Positions 27,448-37,087 are shown, numbered from the stretch's first letter. The stretch is DNA of 64,000 nucleotides from Candidatus Sulfomarinibacteraceae bacterium (GCA_963714895.1 CAVQQC010000009.1:26172-90171), one strand, 5' to 3'. Numbers and translations are program-made. The notes: generated by a model not told the origin, from the sequence alone.

Positions 27448-28800
27448 ATGATCGAGCAAACGTCCGTTTCGGCGACGCCGGTAACGAGGTTTTTTGTGGT
27501 ACTCCTCGTCCTCTTGACGGGGCTGTCGGCTGTGCCGGCCGACGCCCAGGAGAAGATGGGGTTCACCTTCTTCGGTGAGATGAACTTCAACTTCCGCGAT
27601 TCGAGGTACGTCGAGCACAGATTGAACGTGCCGTTCCCCCCCGAGTTCTGGGAGGCGGGGGACGATGCGGTTTATCTGCGGACCGTCGACCCTGGAACGC
27701 ACTTCGAGATGTCGGACATCGAGCTCGGTCTGGACGCCAGGTTGGCGGAGAAATTCAGCGGCAGGGTCCTGGTCCACGTCATCGATCTCTACAACCGCAA
27801 CCCGACGTCGATCGATGAAGACGTGTTTGTGCGAGAGTTCTGGCTGCGCTACGGTGAGGTCGATCGCCAGCACAAGAAGCTCGAACCGTGGGCGTGGTAC
27901 GTCGAGGCCGGCAAGGCGCCGCGGTTTGCCAAACAGGTCGTGCGCCACCTGGAGAGCTACGGCCTGTGGGGCACCTCGGTCAACCGATTCGAGATTCCGC
28001 AGATCCAAATCGGTGTCAACCTCGGGGGAAGCTTCTATGCCCGCGGTCAGTACGGTATCGCCGGGCCCCTGTTCATGCGCGATCCGAACGCCCTTGCCGG
28101 GGACAACGGCACGTTGGACCGGGTGCCGGGAAACGTGAACCCCCAGTACAATTCGGGCTTCCCGATTCTGTACGATGCGCGGCCGAAGAACTTCAGCCTC
28201 GACGGCGAGGTCGAACTGGGTGGCGGTCTCGGGTGGCGTTGGGCCAACGACGAGGGCAAAAAATCGGTGGACCTGATGGCCTGGTACTACTCGCGGACGC
28301 TGGAGGACGCGCCCGAGATCGAGGGCACCTTCTACCAGGGCGACCTCGAGTTGTTGCGGGGAGCCGGTTTTCCGCTACCGTTCGAGGGAGACGAAAAGTG
28401 GGAGGCCGGTCTCAACGTCGATTGGCGGCTCGACCGCTGGGTGGGGTTTGCCCAGTTCGTCAAACAGGACATCGCGTCCCTCGAACGCCAGGGCTTCGAG
28501 ATCGAAACGGCTTATCACATCCCGATTCCGGCGCTCTTTGCGGCCTGGGACACACCGGTCTTCACCTGGTTGCGGCCCGCCGTGCGCTACTCGCAGATCG
28601 ACAACGACTTCTGGATGTGGGACCCGTTCATCACGCCCTCGATGTACTGGGATTGGCAGAAGCTCGACGTGGGTCTGCGGATCGGCATCGTCCGTTCCTC
28701 CGACATCACCGTCGAATACAGTTTCAACAAGGCCGAACTCCAGGACGGGTCGACTCTCGAACCCAACGAGTGGCTGGTCTCCTGGCGAATCTTCTGGTGA
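27448..28800 (+). CDS. hypothetical outer-membrane beta-barrel (porin-like) protein
   Basis: Signal peptide ending PADAQE. Alternating-hydrophobicity strands. C-terminal ...WLVSWRIFW aromatic terminus. Confidence 0.6.
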   Translation: MIEQTSVSATPVTRFFVVLLVLLTGLSAVPADAQEKMGFTFFGEMNFNFRDSRYVEHRLNVPFPPEFWEAGDDAVYLRTVDPGTHFEMSDIELGLDARLAEKFSGRVLVHVIDLYNRNPTSIDEDVFVREFWLRYGEVDRQHKKLEPWAWYVEAGKAPRFAKQVVRHLESYGLWGTSVNRFEIPQIQIGVNLGGSFYARGQYGIAGPLFMRDPNALAGDNGTLDRVPGNVNPQYNSGFPILYDARPKNFSLDGEVELGGGLGWRWANDEGKKSVDLMAWYYSRTLEDAPEIEGTFYQGDLELLRGAGFPLPFEGDEKWEAGLNVDWRLDRWVGFAQFVKQDIASLERQGFEIETAYHIPIPALFAAWDTPVFTWLRPAVRYSQIDNDFWMWDPFITPSMYWDWQKLDVGLRIGIVRSSDITVEYSFNKAELQDGSTLEPNEWLVSWRIFW

Positions 28801-28803
28801 ACG

Positions 28804-30975
28804 TCACCAGTCCGTCACGAGCACGTCCCTGAGGCTCTGGTAGACCAGGCCGGCCGATGCCGGGCGGTGGTCGGGGTCCTTGGCGAGACACGCCATCACC
28901 ACCTGCTCGAGCTCGGGCGGAATGTCCGCGCGAGCGCCCCTGAGAGGTGGTGCGGCGGAGTTCAACTGTTGTTGGATCAAGGACCCGACGGTGGAGCCGC
29001 TGAACGGGATCCTGCCGGCGAACATCTCCCACAGGACGATCCCGAGACTGTAGAGATCGCTGCGGAAATCCAGATCGAGACCGCGGCACTGTTCGGGGCT
29101 CATGTAGGCGGGCGTCCCGACCACCACACCGTCGTCGGTGGTTCCGGCGCTCTTGAGGCCGCTCGAGACACCGAAGTCCATGAGCTTGACCACACCGTTG
29201 GGCAGGACCATGACGTTCTGGGGTTTGAGGTCGCGGTGGACGATGCCCTGCGCGTGAACCGCGGTCAGACCGCGACAGAGCTGTTTGGCCACCTGGAGAC
29301 CCGGCGCGAGCCGGAGCCCGCCGTGCTGGCGGAGGACCTCGAGCAGAGTGGTGCCGGGCACGAATTCCATCGACAGACAGCGCAGGCCGTCGGCCTCCAC
29401 GAGGTCGTGGACGCGGATCACGTTGGGGTGGGAGATCCGACGCGCCAGCCGCACCTCCTGTTTGAGTTTGGCAACCCCGTCGGTGGCCTCGGTAAAGGCC
29501 TCGGGACGCATCACCTTGAGGGCGACATCCTCCTCGAGCTCGAGGTCCGACGCGCGAAAGACGACGCCCATGCCGCCCCGGCCGAGTTCCGAGCGGATCT
29601 TGTAGCGGTCGCCGAAGACCTCGCCGGGTGCCGGCAGACGCGCGTCTCTGGCGGCACCCGGGACGGTTGACGCGGCCTGGGTGGGCGCCGAACCGGTATC
29701 GGCCGAACGCGCCTGCATGTCGGCCACCAGTTGTTCGAGAGCGTCTTTCTCCCGCAGCTCCTCGACCATCGCGGCAAAGGCGCCGGCCAGGACACCCACC
29801 TCGCCGCCGCCGGACTCGGGAAGTTCGACGTCGAGGCGCCCGTCCCGGATCAACTCTGCCCCGCGGGCCAGCTTCTGCAGCGGTTTGGCGATGCGCCGGC
29901 CGAGGAGGTAGGACACCGGCAGCGAGAGCAACAACATCACCACCCCGGCGATGATGAGACCGCGGCGGATGGCGTAGAAAGAGGCCATTTCCTCCGCCCG
30001 CGATCGCGCCACGAGCAACGCCGCAAGACTGTCGCCGGAAGAGCTGGAGATCGGCACGGCGAGGACCTCACGGGCGTCGGCGGCCCCACCGACAGTTACC
30101 GGACCGTAGACCGCCCCGCTCAGGAACACCGCTTCAAGGGCTTCGGGGGAACTCTGCAGGGCAGCGACCAGAGCTGCGCCGTCGACACCGGGGTTCGCTG
30201 CGGCGAGTTCCGGTTGCGGCGTCTCACCGCGGCGAGCCATGTCGGCGGCGATCACGACCTCGCCGCGGGTCAGCGTCTGCAGCTGGGCGAGGGCGGCCTC
30301 CCCGATCGGAAAGGTCACAGCCAGGACTCCCTGCAGTTGAGCGCCGTCTCCTTCGCCGGCAATGACCGGTGCGGCGGCGACCATGGCGAGCGAATCGCGT
30401 TCGCGGATAAACGCCGTCGTGCCCTGCCAGGTGTCGAGAACCGAGGCCACCCATCCGACACCGGCGAAGGGCTGGCCCACGCCGCTCCCGTCGGGCCGGT
30501 CGGAACGTGCCAACACCCCGCTGTAGCGGTCGAAGAGAAAGACCGTGCTCGCCTCCTGGAGCATCTGCGGCGCGTCCTCGATGGCGAAGCTGAGGCGCGT
30601 CGAGAGATCGACCTCGTCGGCGAAGATGGCCAGGGTACCGGGCTCGCGGGAGAGCGACCGGACTTGCTCGAGGGCCGCGCTCGATCGCGACGACGAGTAT
30701 CCCTCCCATACCTCGGGGACGCGCGCGAGGTCCTCGCGGATGGTCTGTTCGGCGACCTGGGCGGAACGCCATGCGGCGACCGCCACGGTGAGGCCGAGGG
30801 TGAGCGCCAGGAGGGCGGCGGCAAGCACGAAGAACTGGGCGGCCAGGCCGAGTCCCCGCTGCTTCGGGGTCGGCCGGCCGCCTCCGGTCCGTTGTGCCGG
30901 AACGACCGCGGCGACGGTGTCAATCTGATCCTCGGAAACCTTGCGGGTGACGTCAGTATCGGAAATCGTCATCAT
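28804..30975 (-). CDS. membrane sensor Ser/Thr protein kinase: TM - periplasmic domain (~290 aa) - TM - HAMP - Hanks-type kinase at the C-terminus
   Basis: HAMP-like RRIAKPLQKLARGAELIRDG...VGVLAGAFAAMVEEL. Kinase motifs GRGGMGVVF, VALKVM, HRDLKPQNV, DFGVS and GTPAYMSPEQ. Confidence 0.85.
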   Translation of the reverse strand: MMTISDTDVTRKVSEDQIDTVAAVVPAQRTGGGRPTPKQRGLGLAAQFFVLAAALLALTLGLTVAVAAWRSAQVAEQTIREDLARVPEVWEGYSSSRSSAALEQVRSLSREPGTLAIFADEVDLSTRLSFAIEDAPQMLQEASTVFLFDRYSGVLARSDRPDGSGVGQPFAGVGWVASVLDTWQGTTAFIRERDSLAMVAAAPVIAGEGDGAQLQGVLAVTFPIGEAALAQLQTLTRGEVVIAADMARRGETPQPELAAANPGVDGAALVAALQSSPEALEAVFLSGAVYGPVTVGGAADAREVLAVPISSSSGDSLAALLVARSRAEEMASFYAIRRGLIIAGVVMLLLSLPVSYLLGRRIAKPLQKLARGAELIRDGRLDVELPESGGGEVGVLAGAFAAMVEELREKDALEQLVADMQARSADTGSAPTQAASTVPGAARDARLPAPGEVFGDRYKIRSELGRGGMGVVFRASDLELEEDVALKVMRPEAFTEATDGVAKLKQEVRLARRISHPNVIRVHDLVEADGLRCLSMEFVPGTTLLEVLRQHGGLRLAPGLQVAKQLCRGLTAVHAQGIVHRDLKPQNVMVLPNGVVKLMDFGVSSGLKSAGTTDDGVVVGTPAYMSPEQCRGLDLDFRSDLYSLGIVLWEMFAGRIPFSGSTVGSLIQQQLNSAAPPLRGARADIPPELEQVVMACLAKDPDHRPASAGLVYQSLRDVLVTDW

Positions 30976-31747
30976 CGGGGGGTGGGTACTCCTTCCCGTA
31001 CTTGTTGAGGTGGGAGGCGTCGCGCCAGCTCGAAACGTCCAGTTCGACCCTGAGCGGGGTCGTGCGCCCGGGACGCACCGCGACCTCGCGCGACCACATG
31101 CCGCCGCGCACGTTGAACCCCTCGACCACGGTCGAACCGGGTGGGATGTCGCGGAGGGTGATGTGCCCGTCGGCGTCGGCCACGCCGTGGCGCCGGGAAT
31201 CCACCACCATCAGATAGGCGACCATGTGGGGGTGGATGTTGCAGTAGACCTGGATCAGCCCAGGCTGTTGGAAGCGGACGGATTCCGATTTCCCCTTCCG
31301 GTACAACCCGAGGTCGAACGGTTGCGGTTTCGAAAGACTGAAGACGTTGTGAAAGACGCGGTCGAAGTTTGGGAAATCCACTGTCGAACCGGTCGAGACC
31401 ACTGAGATCCGCGGTTCGAACTGTTTTTTGTTCTGGGCGATCTGGACGCGGTTGTTGTCCGCACCGGTCGATTTCAGGGTCGGCATCCATGCTACCGAGT
31501 CGTCTCCGGGTAGTGGTTTCTTGCCGCCCACCAACACCACTTCGAGGGCGATCGCTCCGGGCGGCGGCGGGGTCGGTGCGGGAGAGGGGGAGGGCGAGGG
31601 GATCTTTGACGGAACGGGGGCCTGGGCGATCGCGGGGACGATTCCGTGGACCGCCAGCACCCACAGCAGCAGAGCCCGACGGCCTCCGCGCAGATTGCGT
31701 CGTTTTCGGGTGATTGTCACGCCCCGGACCTCTCGTCGCTGTCCCAC
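30953..31747 (-). CDS. secreted cupredoxin-like protein (amicyanin-type Cu site) with C-terminal CarboxypepD_reg-like beta-sandwich
   Basis: Signal peptide and Pro/Ser linker. FHNVFS ... YCNIHPHM gives a His / Cys-x2-His-x2-Met ligand pattern. C-terminal DADGHITLRDIPPG. Its 3' end overlaps the kinase start by 23 nt. Confidence 0.7.
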   Translation of the reverse strand: MGQRREVRGVTITRKRRNLRGGRRALLLWVLAVHGIVPAIAQAPVPSKIPSPSPSPAPTPPPPGAIALEVVLVGGKKPLPGDDSVAWMPTLKSTGADNNRVQIAQNKKQFEPRISVVSTGSTVDFPNFDRVFHNVFSLSKPQPFDLGLYRKGKSESVRFQQPGLIQVYCNIHPHMVAYLMVVDSRRHGVADADGHITLRDIPPGSTVVEGFNVRGGMWSREVAVRPGRTTPLRVELDVSSWRDASHLNKYGKEYPPPDDDDFRY

Positions 31748-31858
31748 AAAATTTCAGAGATTGAGAATCGGTCCAAATGATAACTCATTTCCGGTTTTCG
31801 TGCCGGTGGTCCGTTTTGATCGACGATCGTAGCGGAGGGGGGCGTGTAAGATAGTTGC

Positions 31859-32419
31859 ATGAACGAGCAAAAGGTCAAGGGTTCCGTGCTGAGGTCGAGG
31901 TTGGACTTCGTTCGCGAACAGGGCGGCGACGACGCCATGGCAAAGGTGATCGAAAGTCTGAGCCCCGAGGACCAGAAGGTCCTTCACAACGTGGTGCCGG
32001 TGGCATGGCTCCCGTTCGAGATCGGCAAGAGGCTGGACGACGCCATCGTTCAGGTCCTGGGCCGGGGCAGCCTCTCCTACTTCGAGCGGCTCGGCGAGTC
32101 CTCGGCGGAAAAGAACCTCGGAACGGTGCACGCGGCATTTCTGGCTCCCGGTAATCCTCACGCATTCCTCGCCAAGGCACCCCAGATCTATCGGATGTAC
32201 TACCAGGTGGGAAGGCGTGAGTACGAGAAGACCGGCGACAAGGAAGGTGTCCTCACCACCTACGATGCGGAGACGTTTTCCAAGGCCGATTGCCTGACGG
32301 TCATCGGCTGGTACAAGAAAGCGCTCGAGATGTGCGGTGCGGTGAATCCTCGCGTGTTCGAAGAGGAATGCCGAGCGCGCGGTTCAAAGGTTTGCAGATA
32401 CCGCGTCAGCTGGCAGTAA
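31859..32419 (+). CDS. hypothetical protein, V4R/DUF2378-like
   Basis: 186 aa. C-terminal CLTVIGWYKKALEMCG...EEECRARGSKVCRYRVSW resembles V4R-type small-molecule-binding domains. Assigned from memory only. Confidence 0.45.
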   Translation: MNEQKVKGSVLRSRLDFVREQGGDDAMAKVIESLSPEDQKVLHNVVPVAWLPFEIGKRLDDAIVQVLGRGSLSYFERLGESSAEKNLGTVHAAFLAPGNPHAFLAKAPQIYRMYYQVGRREYEKTGDKEGVLTTYDAETFSKADCLTVIGWYKKALEMCGAVNPRVFEEECRARGSKVCRYRVSWQ

Positions 32420-32461
32420 TACAACCCGGCATCTCAGGAGTTCTTGAGGTCTGCGTTGGCC

Positions 32462-32662
32462 TCACGTCCCAGCATCGTCGTCGTCCGGAGGCTCGAGACT
32501 CCAGAGTCCCTCTTCATACGCCAGCGGGTCGGACGAGATGTCGTAACCGCAACTGGGGCAGGTCGTCGAGCGACTCGACGGCAGTGACACGGCGCGCCAG
32601 TCGGCGAACTCCTCGCCGCACTTCGGACAGACGATTTCACTGATTTCGACGGTGGATCGCAT
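32462..32662 (-). CDS. small zinc-ribbon protein
   Basis: ATG 32662 is 7 nt after AGGAGG. 66 aa with CPKCG...CPSCG and an acidic tail. Confidence 0.6.
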   Translation of the reverse strand: MRSTVEISEIVCPKCGEEFADWRAVSLPSSRSTTCPSCGYDISSDPLAYEEGLWSLEPPDDDDAGT

Positions 32663-32765
32663 GGTGGCCTCCTTGTCGAGTTGACGTCGGTCGCCATCCC
32701 CCAATATATGTCCTGAGACCGAATCGTAAAGCCCAGTGAGAAAAACGCACCGCCGGGATCAGCGC

Positions 32766-32836
32766 GGGCGGCATATATACCGCCCCTACATCAACGCGCT
32801 ACTCCCCTTTTCGTAGGGGCGGGACCTGTCCCGCCC
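32766..32836. repeat. REP-like nested palindrome, family 2 (second copy)
   Basis: GGGCGGcatatataCCGCCC-CTAC-(23 nt)-GTAG-GGGCGGGAcctgTCCCGCCC. Confidence 0.75.
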
Positions 32837-32851
32837 GCCGATACAGGAGGC

Positions 32852-33814
32852 TCAGTTGTCTCCGGAACCCCCGGCGGGAGTGACGCTGGCGTTCGCCGCA
32901 CCCTCTCGCTTGCGAAGACGCTGCCGGAGATCGTAGGTGTAGATGGCGAGGGCGGTCCAGATAAGGGCGAAGCTGACGGCGTGGGCGGCGCTGAACGTCT
33001 CGTGGTAGAGAAACACCGCCAGCACGAAGGTGCAGGTCGGAGCGATGTACTGCATCAACCCCGCGGTGGAGAGGGGCAGTCGGCGGACTCCGAGGGTGAA
33101 GAGGATCAACGGCACCACGGTGACCGCGCCGGCAGCCACCAGCAACACGTCGGTTCCCACACCCTGGTTCCCGAAGGCCGCCGAGCCCCGATCCTTCTGA
33201 TAGAGGAGGAAGGCCGCGGCGATCGGCGCCAGGGCCACGGTCTCGAAGGCGAGACCGACCACCGCATCGACCCGAACCGTCTTGCGGAGCAGACCGTAGA
33301 GGGCGAACGAGAAAGCCAGCACCAGCGAGATCCACGGCAGGCGCCCCTGCGCGATCGTCAGAATGGTGACGGCGACGGCGGCCAGCGACACCGCGACCCA
33401 CTGGCGCCGGTTGAGGCGTTCGCCGAGCACCAAGAGGCCGAGCACGACGTTGACCAGCGGGTTGATGTAATAACCCAGCGAGGTGGCGAGCACCCGGTCG
33501 TTGTTGACGGCCCACACGAAGAGGCCCCAGTTGACGGCGATGAACACCGTTGACGCAGCCAGAGCCGCCACCGTCCGCGGCTGTCTGACCCCGGCCGCAA
33601 GTTCGGGCCAGCGACCGCGAAGGCTCATCCATCCGGCGACCACGACCAGTCCCCACACGATGCGGTGGGCGAGGATCTCCGCAGCCGGGACCTGCAGCAG
33701 CAGCTTCCAGTAGACCGGGGTCAGACCCCAGATGAGGAAAGCGCTGGCAGCGTATATCAGGCCCAGACGGGTTTCGCGGCTCACCCGCTCACCATACGCG
33801 GAATCGGCTTTCAC
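32852..33814 (-). CDS. rarD: EamA-family transporter, RarD-like
   Basis: GLIYAASAFLIWGLTPVYWKLL N-terminal signature. 10 TM helices. Confidence 0.7.
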   Translation of the reverse strand: MKADSAYGERVSRETRLGLIYAASAFLIWGLTPVYWKLLLQVPAAEILAHRIVWGLVVVAGWMSLRGRWPELAAGVRQPRTVAALAASTVFIAVNWGLFVWAVNNDRVLATSLGYYINPLVNVVLGLLVLGERLNRRQWVAVSLAAVAVTILTIAQGRLPWISLVLAFSFALYGLLRKTVRVDAVVGLAFETVALAPIAAAFLLYQKDRGSAAFGNQGVGTDVLLVAAGAVTVVPLILFTLGVRRLPLSTAGLMQYIAPTCTFVLAVFLYHETFSAAHAVSFALIWTALAIYTYDLRQRLRKREGAANASVTPAGGSGDN

Positions 33815-33869
33815 CGCGACGATGGGATGTCGGGTTCAACCTGGTTTCGAAGAGATTCCTGGTGAGAAC

Positions 33870-33954
33870 GAGACTGAAGGTGGGCCAAGGCCCACCCTAC
33901 TTCGGACCCTCAGAACGAGCGGGCCAGTAGGGTGGGCCTTGGCCCACCTTCAGA
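33870..33954. repeat. REP/MITE-like nested palindrome, family 1 (best-preserved copy)
   Basis: gagactgaaGGTGGGCCAAGGCCCACCctacttcggacc ... ccagtagGGTGGGCCTTGGCCCACCttcaga. The arms are near-perfect inverted repeats of about 27 nt. Confidence 0.85.
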
Positions 33955-34025
33955 ATTGCTGTGAATGGTTGGAACCTGCATCGTATGAAAGTCGAGCTTT
34001 TGAAGAATGGGAAATCTCCGCCGAA

Positions 34026-34217
34026 TTACGGCTCCGTGCGGTTTCCGGGGATCTCGTAGGTGCCGTCGAGGCGGTCGAGCATCTCCTCGTACCGACGGTC
34101 CAGGTCCTGAAGCTCCGCGGAGAATTCGCTTTCGTCGAGTTCGCCCCGATCGCGCCGCCCTTCGAGGGCGGCGCGGTGGGACTCGTACCAGCGATCGGGG
34201 TCGAAGTTGTAGGTCAT
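34026..34217 (-). CDS. small hypothetical protein downstream of the S46 peptidase
   Basis: ATG 34217 is 5 nt after GGAG and 12 nt after the peptidase stop. 63 aa, highly charged (MTYNFDPDRWYESHRAALEGRRDRGELDE...). Confidence 0.5.
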   Translation of the reverse strand: MTYNFDPDRWYESHRAALEGRRDRGELDESEFSAELQDLDRRYEEMLDRLDGTYEIPGNRTEP

Positions 34218-34228
34218 ACACTCCGGAG

Positions 34229-36424
34229 CTAATCTGCGGCGTCCTCCGCGGGACGAAACACCGGCTCGACCCCCATTTCCTGCAACAGATTCCAGGCGCG
34301 ATCGACGCGGTCCATCACCCACAAGACGTAGCGGATGTCGACGTGGATGGACCGCGTCACCTCGGGCAGGAAGTCCCAGTCGGCGATCATGCTCTCCCAG
34401 TTGCCGTCGAAGAGCAGCCCGACCAGACGGCCCTGGTTGTCGATGGTGGCCGACCCGGAATTGCCGCCGGTGGTGTCGACGTCGGAGAGGAAGTTCACCG
34501 GCAGAGAACCGACGGTCTCGGAGGCGTAGGACCCGTAGTCGCGTTCGGCAATCGCCTCGAGCAGCGTCACCGGGGCGTCGAACGGCTCCTTGCCGGTGGC
34601 TTTGGCGGCCACGCCCTCGGCCGTGGTGAACGGAAGATAGATCACTGCATCCTGCGGCACGTAGCCCTGGACGGTGCCAAAGGTCACCCGCATGGTGCCG
34701 TTGGCGTCGGGGTAGATCTCGACGCCCTGATCGGCCTGGAACGCCAGCAGCGCCTCCATGAACCGCGGCCGCGCTTCGAGGAGCTGCCCGTCGAGCATTT
34801 CCTCCTCGGCCTCCAGAACGAGGTTGGTGTCATACATGGCGACCGCCAACTCCACAAAGGGATCCTCGCTGGCCTCGAGAGCGGCGCGGTCCGCCTCGAG
34901 CAGGGCCATCCGGGCGTCGGGTTCGGTGAGACCGGTGGCCATGTACATCCGGTGCAGGGTGGAAGCGATGGCCTCCGATGCCGCGACATCGCCGCCGAGA
35001 CTGAACCATTCGTCGAGGACCAGAAGCCGCTCCCCTTCCGACAGGGCGGCATAGTCCTCGAGGGAGTTCTGCAGGAGGGCCATGTCAACCTGGGCGTCGA
35101 AGCTGCGCGCCGACCGCTCGACGCGGGCCTTGACCCGGTTCAGGTCACGTTCCTGGTAACCGGGTTTGCGTTCAGCATCCGGTTTTTCGCGTTCGCGGGC
35201 GAGGCGGTAGGCGGTCCGGGAGACGGACACCAATTGGTTGTAACTGATTGCCGAGAGTTCCTGGTCGCGCGCGCGGTGGGCCCGTTGCTCTTCGAGGATG
35301 GCCTCGACTTCCTCGAGGGCGCCGCCCCAGGCGGCCTGGCGCTCGGCGTCGGCGGCGATCCACGCCGCGAACTCGGCCTCGAGCGCCTGTTTGCTGGCGA
35401 CCGAGTCGGAGTGTGCAAACCCGGCCAGCATGCCCTGGCCGTTCTTGAGGCTGTTGTTGAGATAGGACTCGGTGGCGGCGTAGGCGATGGCCGCATCGGG
35501 CCGGCCGGCGGTCTCGGCCGCGATGATGTCGAGGCTCTCCTGGCGGCTGGCGACCCGCTGCGGGTACGTCCACTCGATCGCGTCAGCCACTTCCGAAGCC
35601 AGCCGGTAACGGTTGGTCCTGCCGGGGAAGCCGACCACCATGACGAAATCTCCCGTGTCGACCCCTTCGGTTCCGATTCGCAGCCAGTGCTTCGGTTGGA
35701 ACGGGACATTGTCCGGCGAGGGGTCGGCGGGTTGGCCGTCGGGCCCGACCCACGCTCTGTAGAAGGAGAAATCGCCGGTGTGGCGTGGCCACATCCAGTT
35801 GTCGATGTCGCCGCCGTACTTGCCGATCGACGATGGCGGCGCATAGACCAACCGGACATCGCGGATCTCGAGCTGGTCGTAGAGGCGATAGTCGGCGCCG
35901 CCGTGGAATGAGGCGACCTTGCAGCGATGGCCTGGAGACTCTTCGCACCCGGCGATGATCTTCTTCTCAGCCTGCTCGATCGCCGCAAAACGGGCGGAGC
36001 CGTCGGCCCCGGTCGGGACGGCGGCCGTCATGAGGTCCGTCACGTTCTTGACGGCGAGGGTCACGTAGATCCTCGAACCCGGCGCGGCGGCCAGTTCTTC
36101 GGCCGGGGACGAGGCCAGGAAGCCGTCGGTGAGCAGGTTCCGATCCTCGGTCGAGTTGTATTGAATGGTGCCGTAGGCGCAGTGGTGGTTGGTCACCACC
36201 AACCCGTTTGGTGAAACAAACGACGCCGAGCAACCACCGAGCGACACGATCGCTCCCATCGGTTGGCCGGTAAGGTCGGCGAAGTTCTCGGGCGGCGTAT
36301 CGAGGCCGGCGGCCTCCAGTTGAGGGCCGAGCTTCGGCAGTTGATCGGGCAACCACATGCCCTCGCCGGCGTGGCCGAAGGCGGTTGGCAATGTCACCAG
36401 GAGCATCATGATCAAGACACGCAT
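34229..36424 (-). CDS. S46-family dipeptidyl-peptidase (DPP7/DPP11-like), secreted
   Basis: ATG 36424 with a signal peptide. EGMWLP...GGCSASFVSPNGLVVTNHHC (catalytic His region) and TTGGNSGS (catalytic Ser region). Confidence 0.9.
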   Translation of the reverse strand: MRVLIMMLLVTLPTAFGHAGEGMWLPDQLPKLGPQLEAAGLDTPPENFADLTGQPMGAIVSLGGCSASFVSPNGLVVTNHHCAYGTIQYNSTEDRNLLTDGFLASSPAEELAAAPGSRIYVTLAVKNVTDLMTAAVPTGADGSARFAAIEQAEKKIIAGCEESPGHRCKVASFHGGADYRLYDQLEIRDVRLVYAPPSSIGKYGGDIDNWMWPRHTGDFSFYRAWVGPDGQPADPSPDNVPFQPKHWLRIGTEGVDTGDFVMVVGFPGRTNRYRLASEVADAIEWTYPQRVASRQESLDIIAAETAGRPDAAIAYAATESYLNNSLKNGQGMLAGFAHSDSVASKQALEAEFAAWIAADAERQAAWGGALEEVEAILEEQRAHRARDQELSAISYNQLVSVSRTAYRLAREREKPDAERKPGYQERDLNRVKARVERSARSFDAQVDMALLQNSLEDYAALSEGERLLVLDEWFSLGGDVAASEAIASTLHRMYMATGLTEPDARMALLEADRAALEASEDPFVELAVAMYDTNLVLEAEEEMLDGQLLEARPRFMEALLAFQADQGVEIYPDANGTMRVTFGTVQGYVPQDAVIYLPFTTAEGVAAKATGKEPFDAPVTLLEAIAERDYGSYASETVGSLPVNFLSDVDTTGGNSGSATIDNQGRLVGLLFDGNWESMIADWDFLPEVTRSIHVDIRYVLWVMDRVDRAWNLLQEMGVEPVFRPAEDAAD

Positions 36425-36622
36425 CTGTGAACCCCCCATCCACATGAGATGGCGCCGTTGCAGCGCCGCCGGTATCCTAACAGACATAGATGCCGTGAGA
36501 GCGATCAAGCGGGTGATACGGTCAACCGGTTGGCGTGCCGCATCGCGTCTTTCAGAGACCCGGAAACGTTGCTACGCTCTGCCGCTCGTGGAAGTTCTTT
36601 CCACATCGAGAGGCATCCGCAA

Positions 36623-37087
36623 ATGAAAAATCGCATTGGCATCTTCGGGTGGGGCGTGGTGGCCCCTAAGTCGCCGGACATCGAGACCTTCGAAAACAAC
36701 CTCAAACGGGCCACGACCTGGCTCGAGCCCTTCGGCGGCTTCGGTCCCAGCAACTTTCTGGTCGGCAGACCGGAGTTCGATTTCGAGGCCTACAGACCGT
36801 GGATCGAGGCCCGTTTCGAGCCGTTCGGGCTCGAGATCCTCAGCGTCGCGCTGTCCTCGGACGCGGACCACATCATCACGCCGTCCGAGGAGGGCCCCAG
36901 GACCGCGATGCGGAGAGCGTTGGAAGCAGCCGGCTGCACCACGATCGAGGAGATTCACGAACAGGTGCGGCCGTACTTCAGCTGCCTGGTCGCCGACGAG
37001 AAACGGGTGATCGAAGGGGACGTCGCCGGCAAGATCAACATGGGGGTGGGCGGCATCAACGCCTGCACCATCTGCCGGCGCTGGTGA
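36623..37087 (+). pseudogene. beta-ketoacyl synthase remnant (internal deletion, active-site Cys region missing)
   Basis: 154 aa. The KAS-like N-terminus MKNRIGIFGWGVVAPKSPDIETFENNL... joins directly to C-terminal-type text DADHIITPSEEGPRTAMRRALEAAG. A full KAS is more than 400 aa. Confidence 0.55.
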
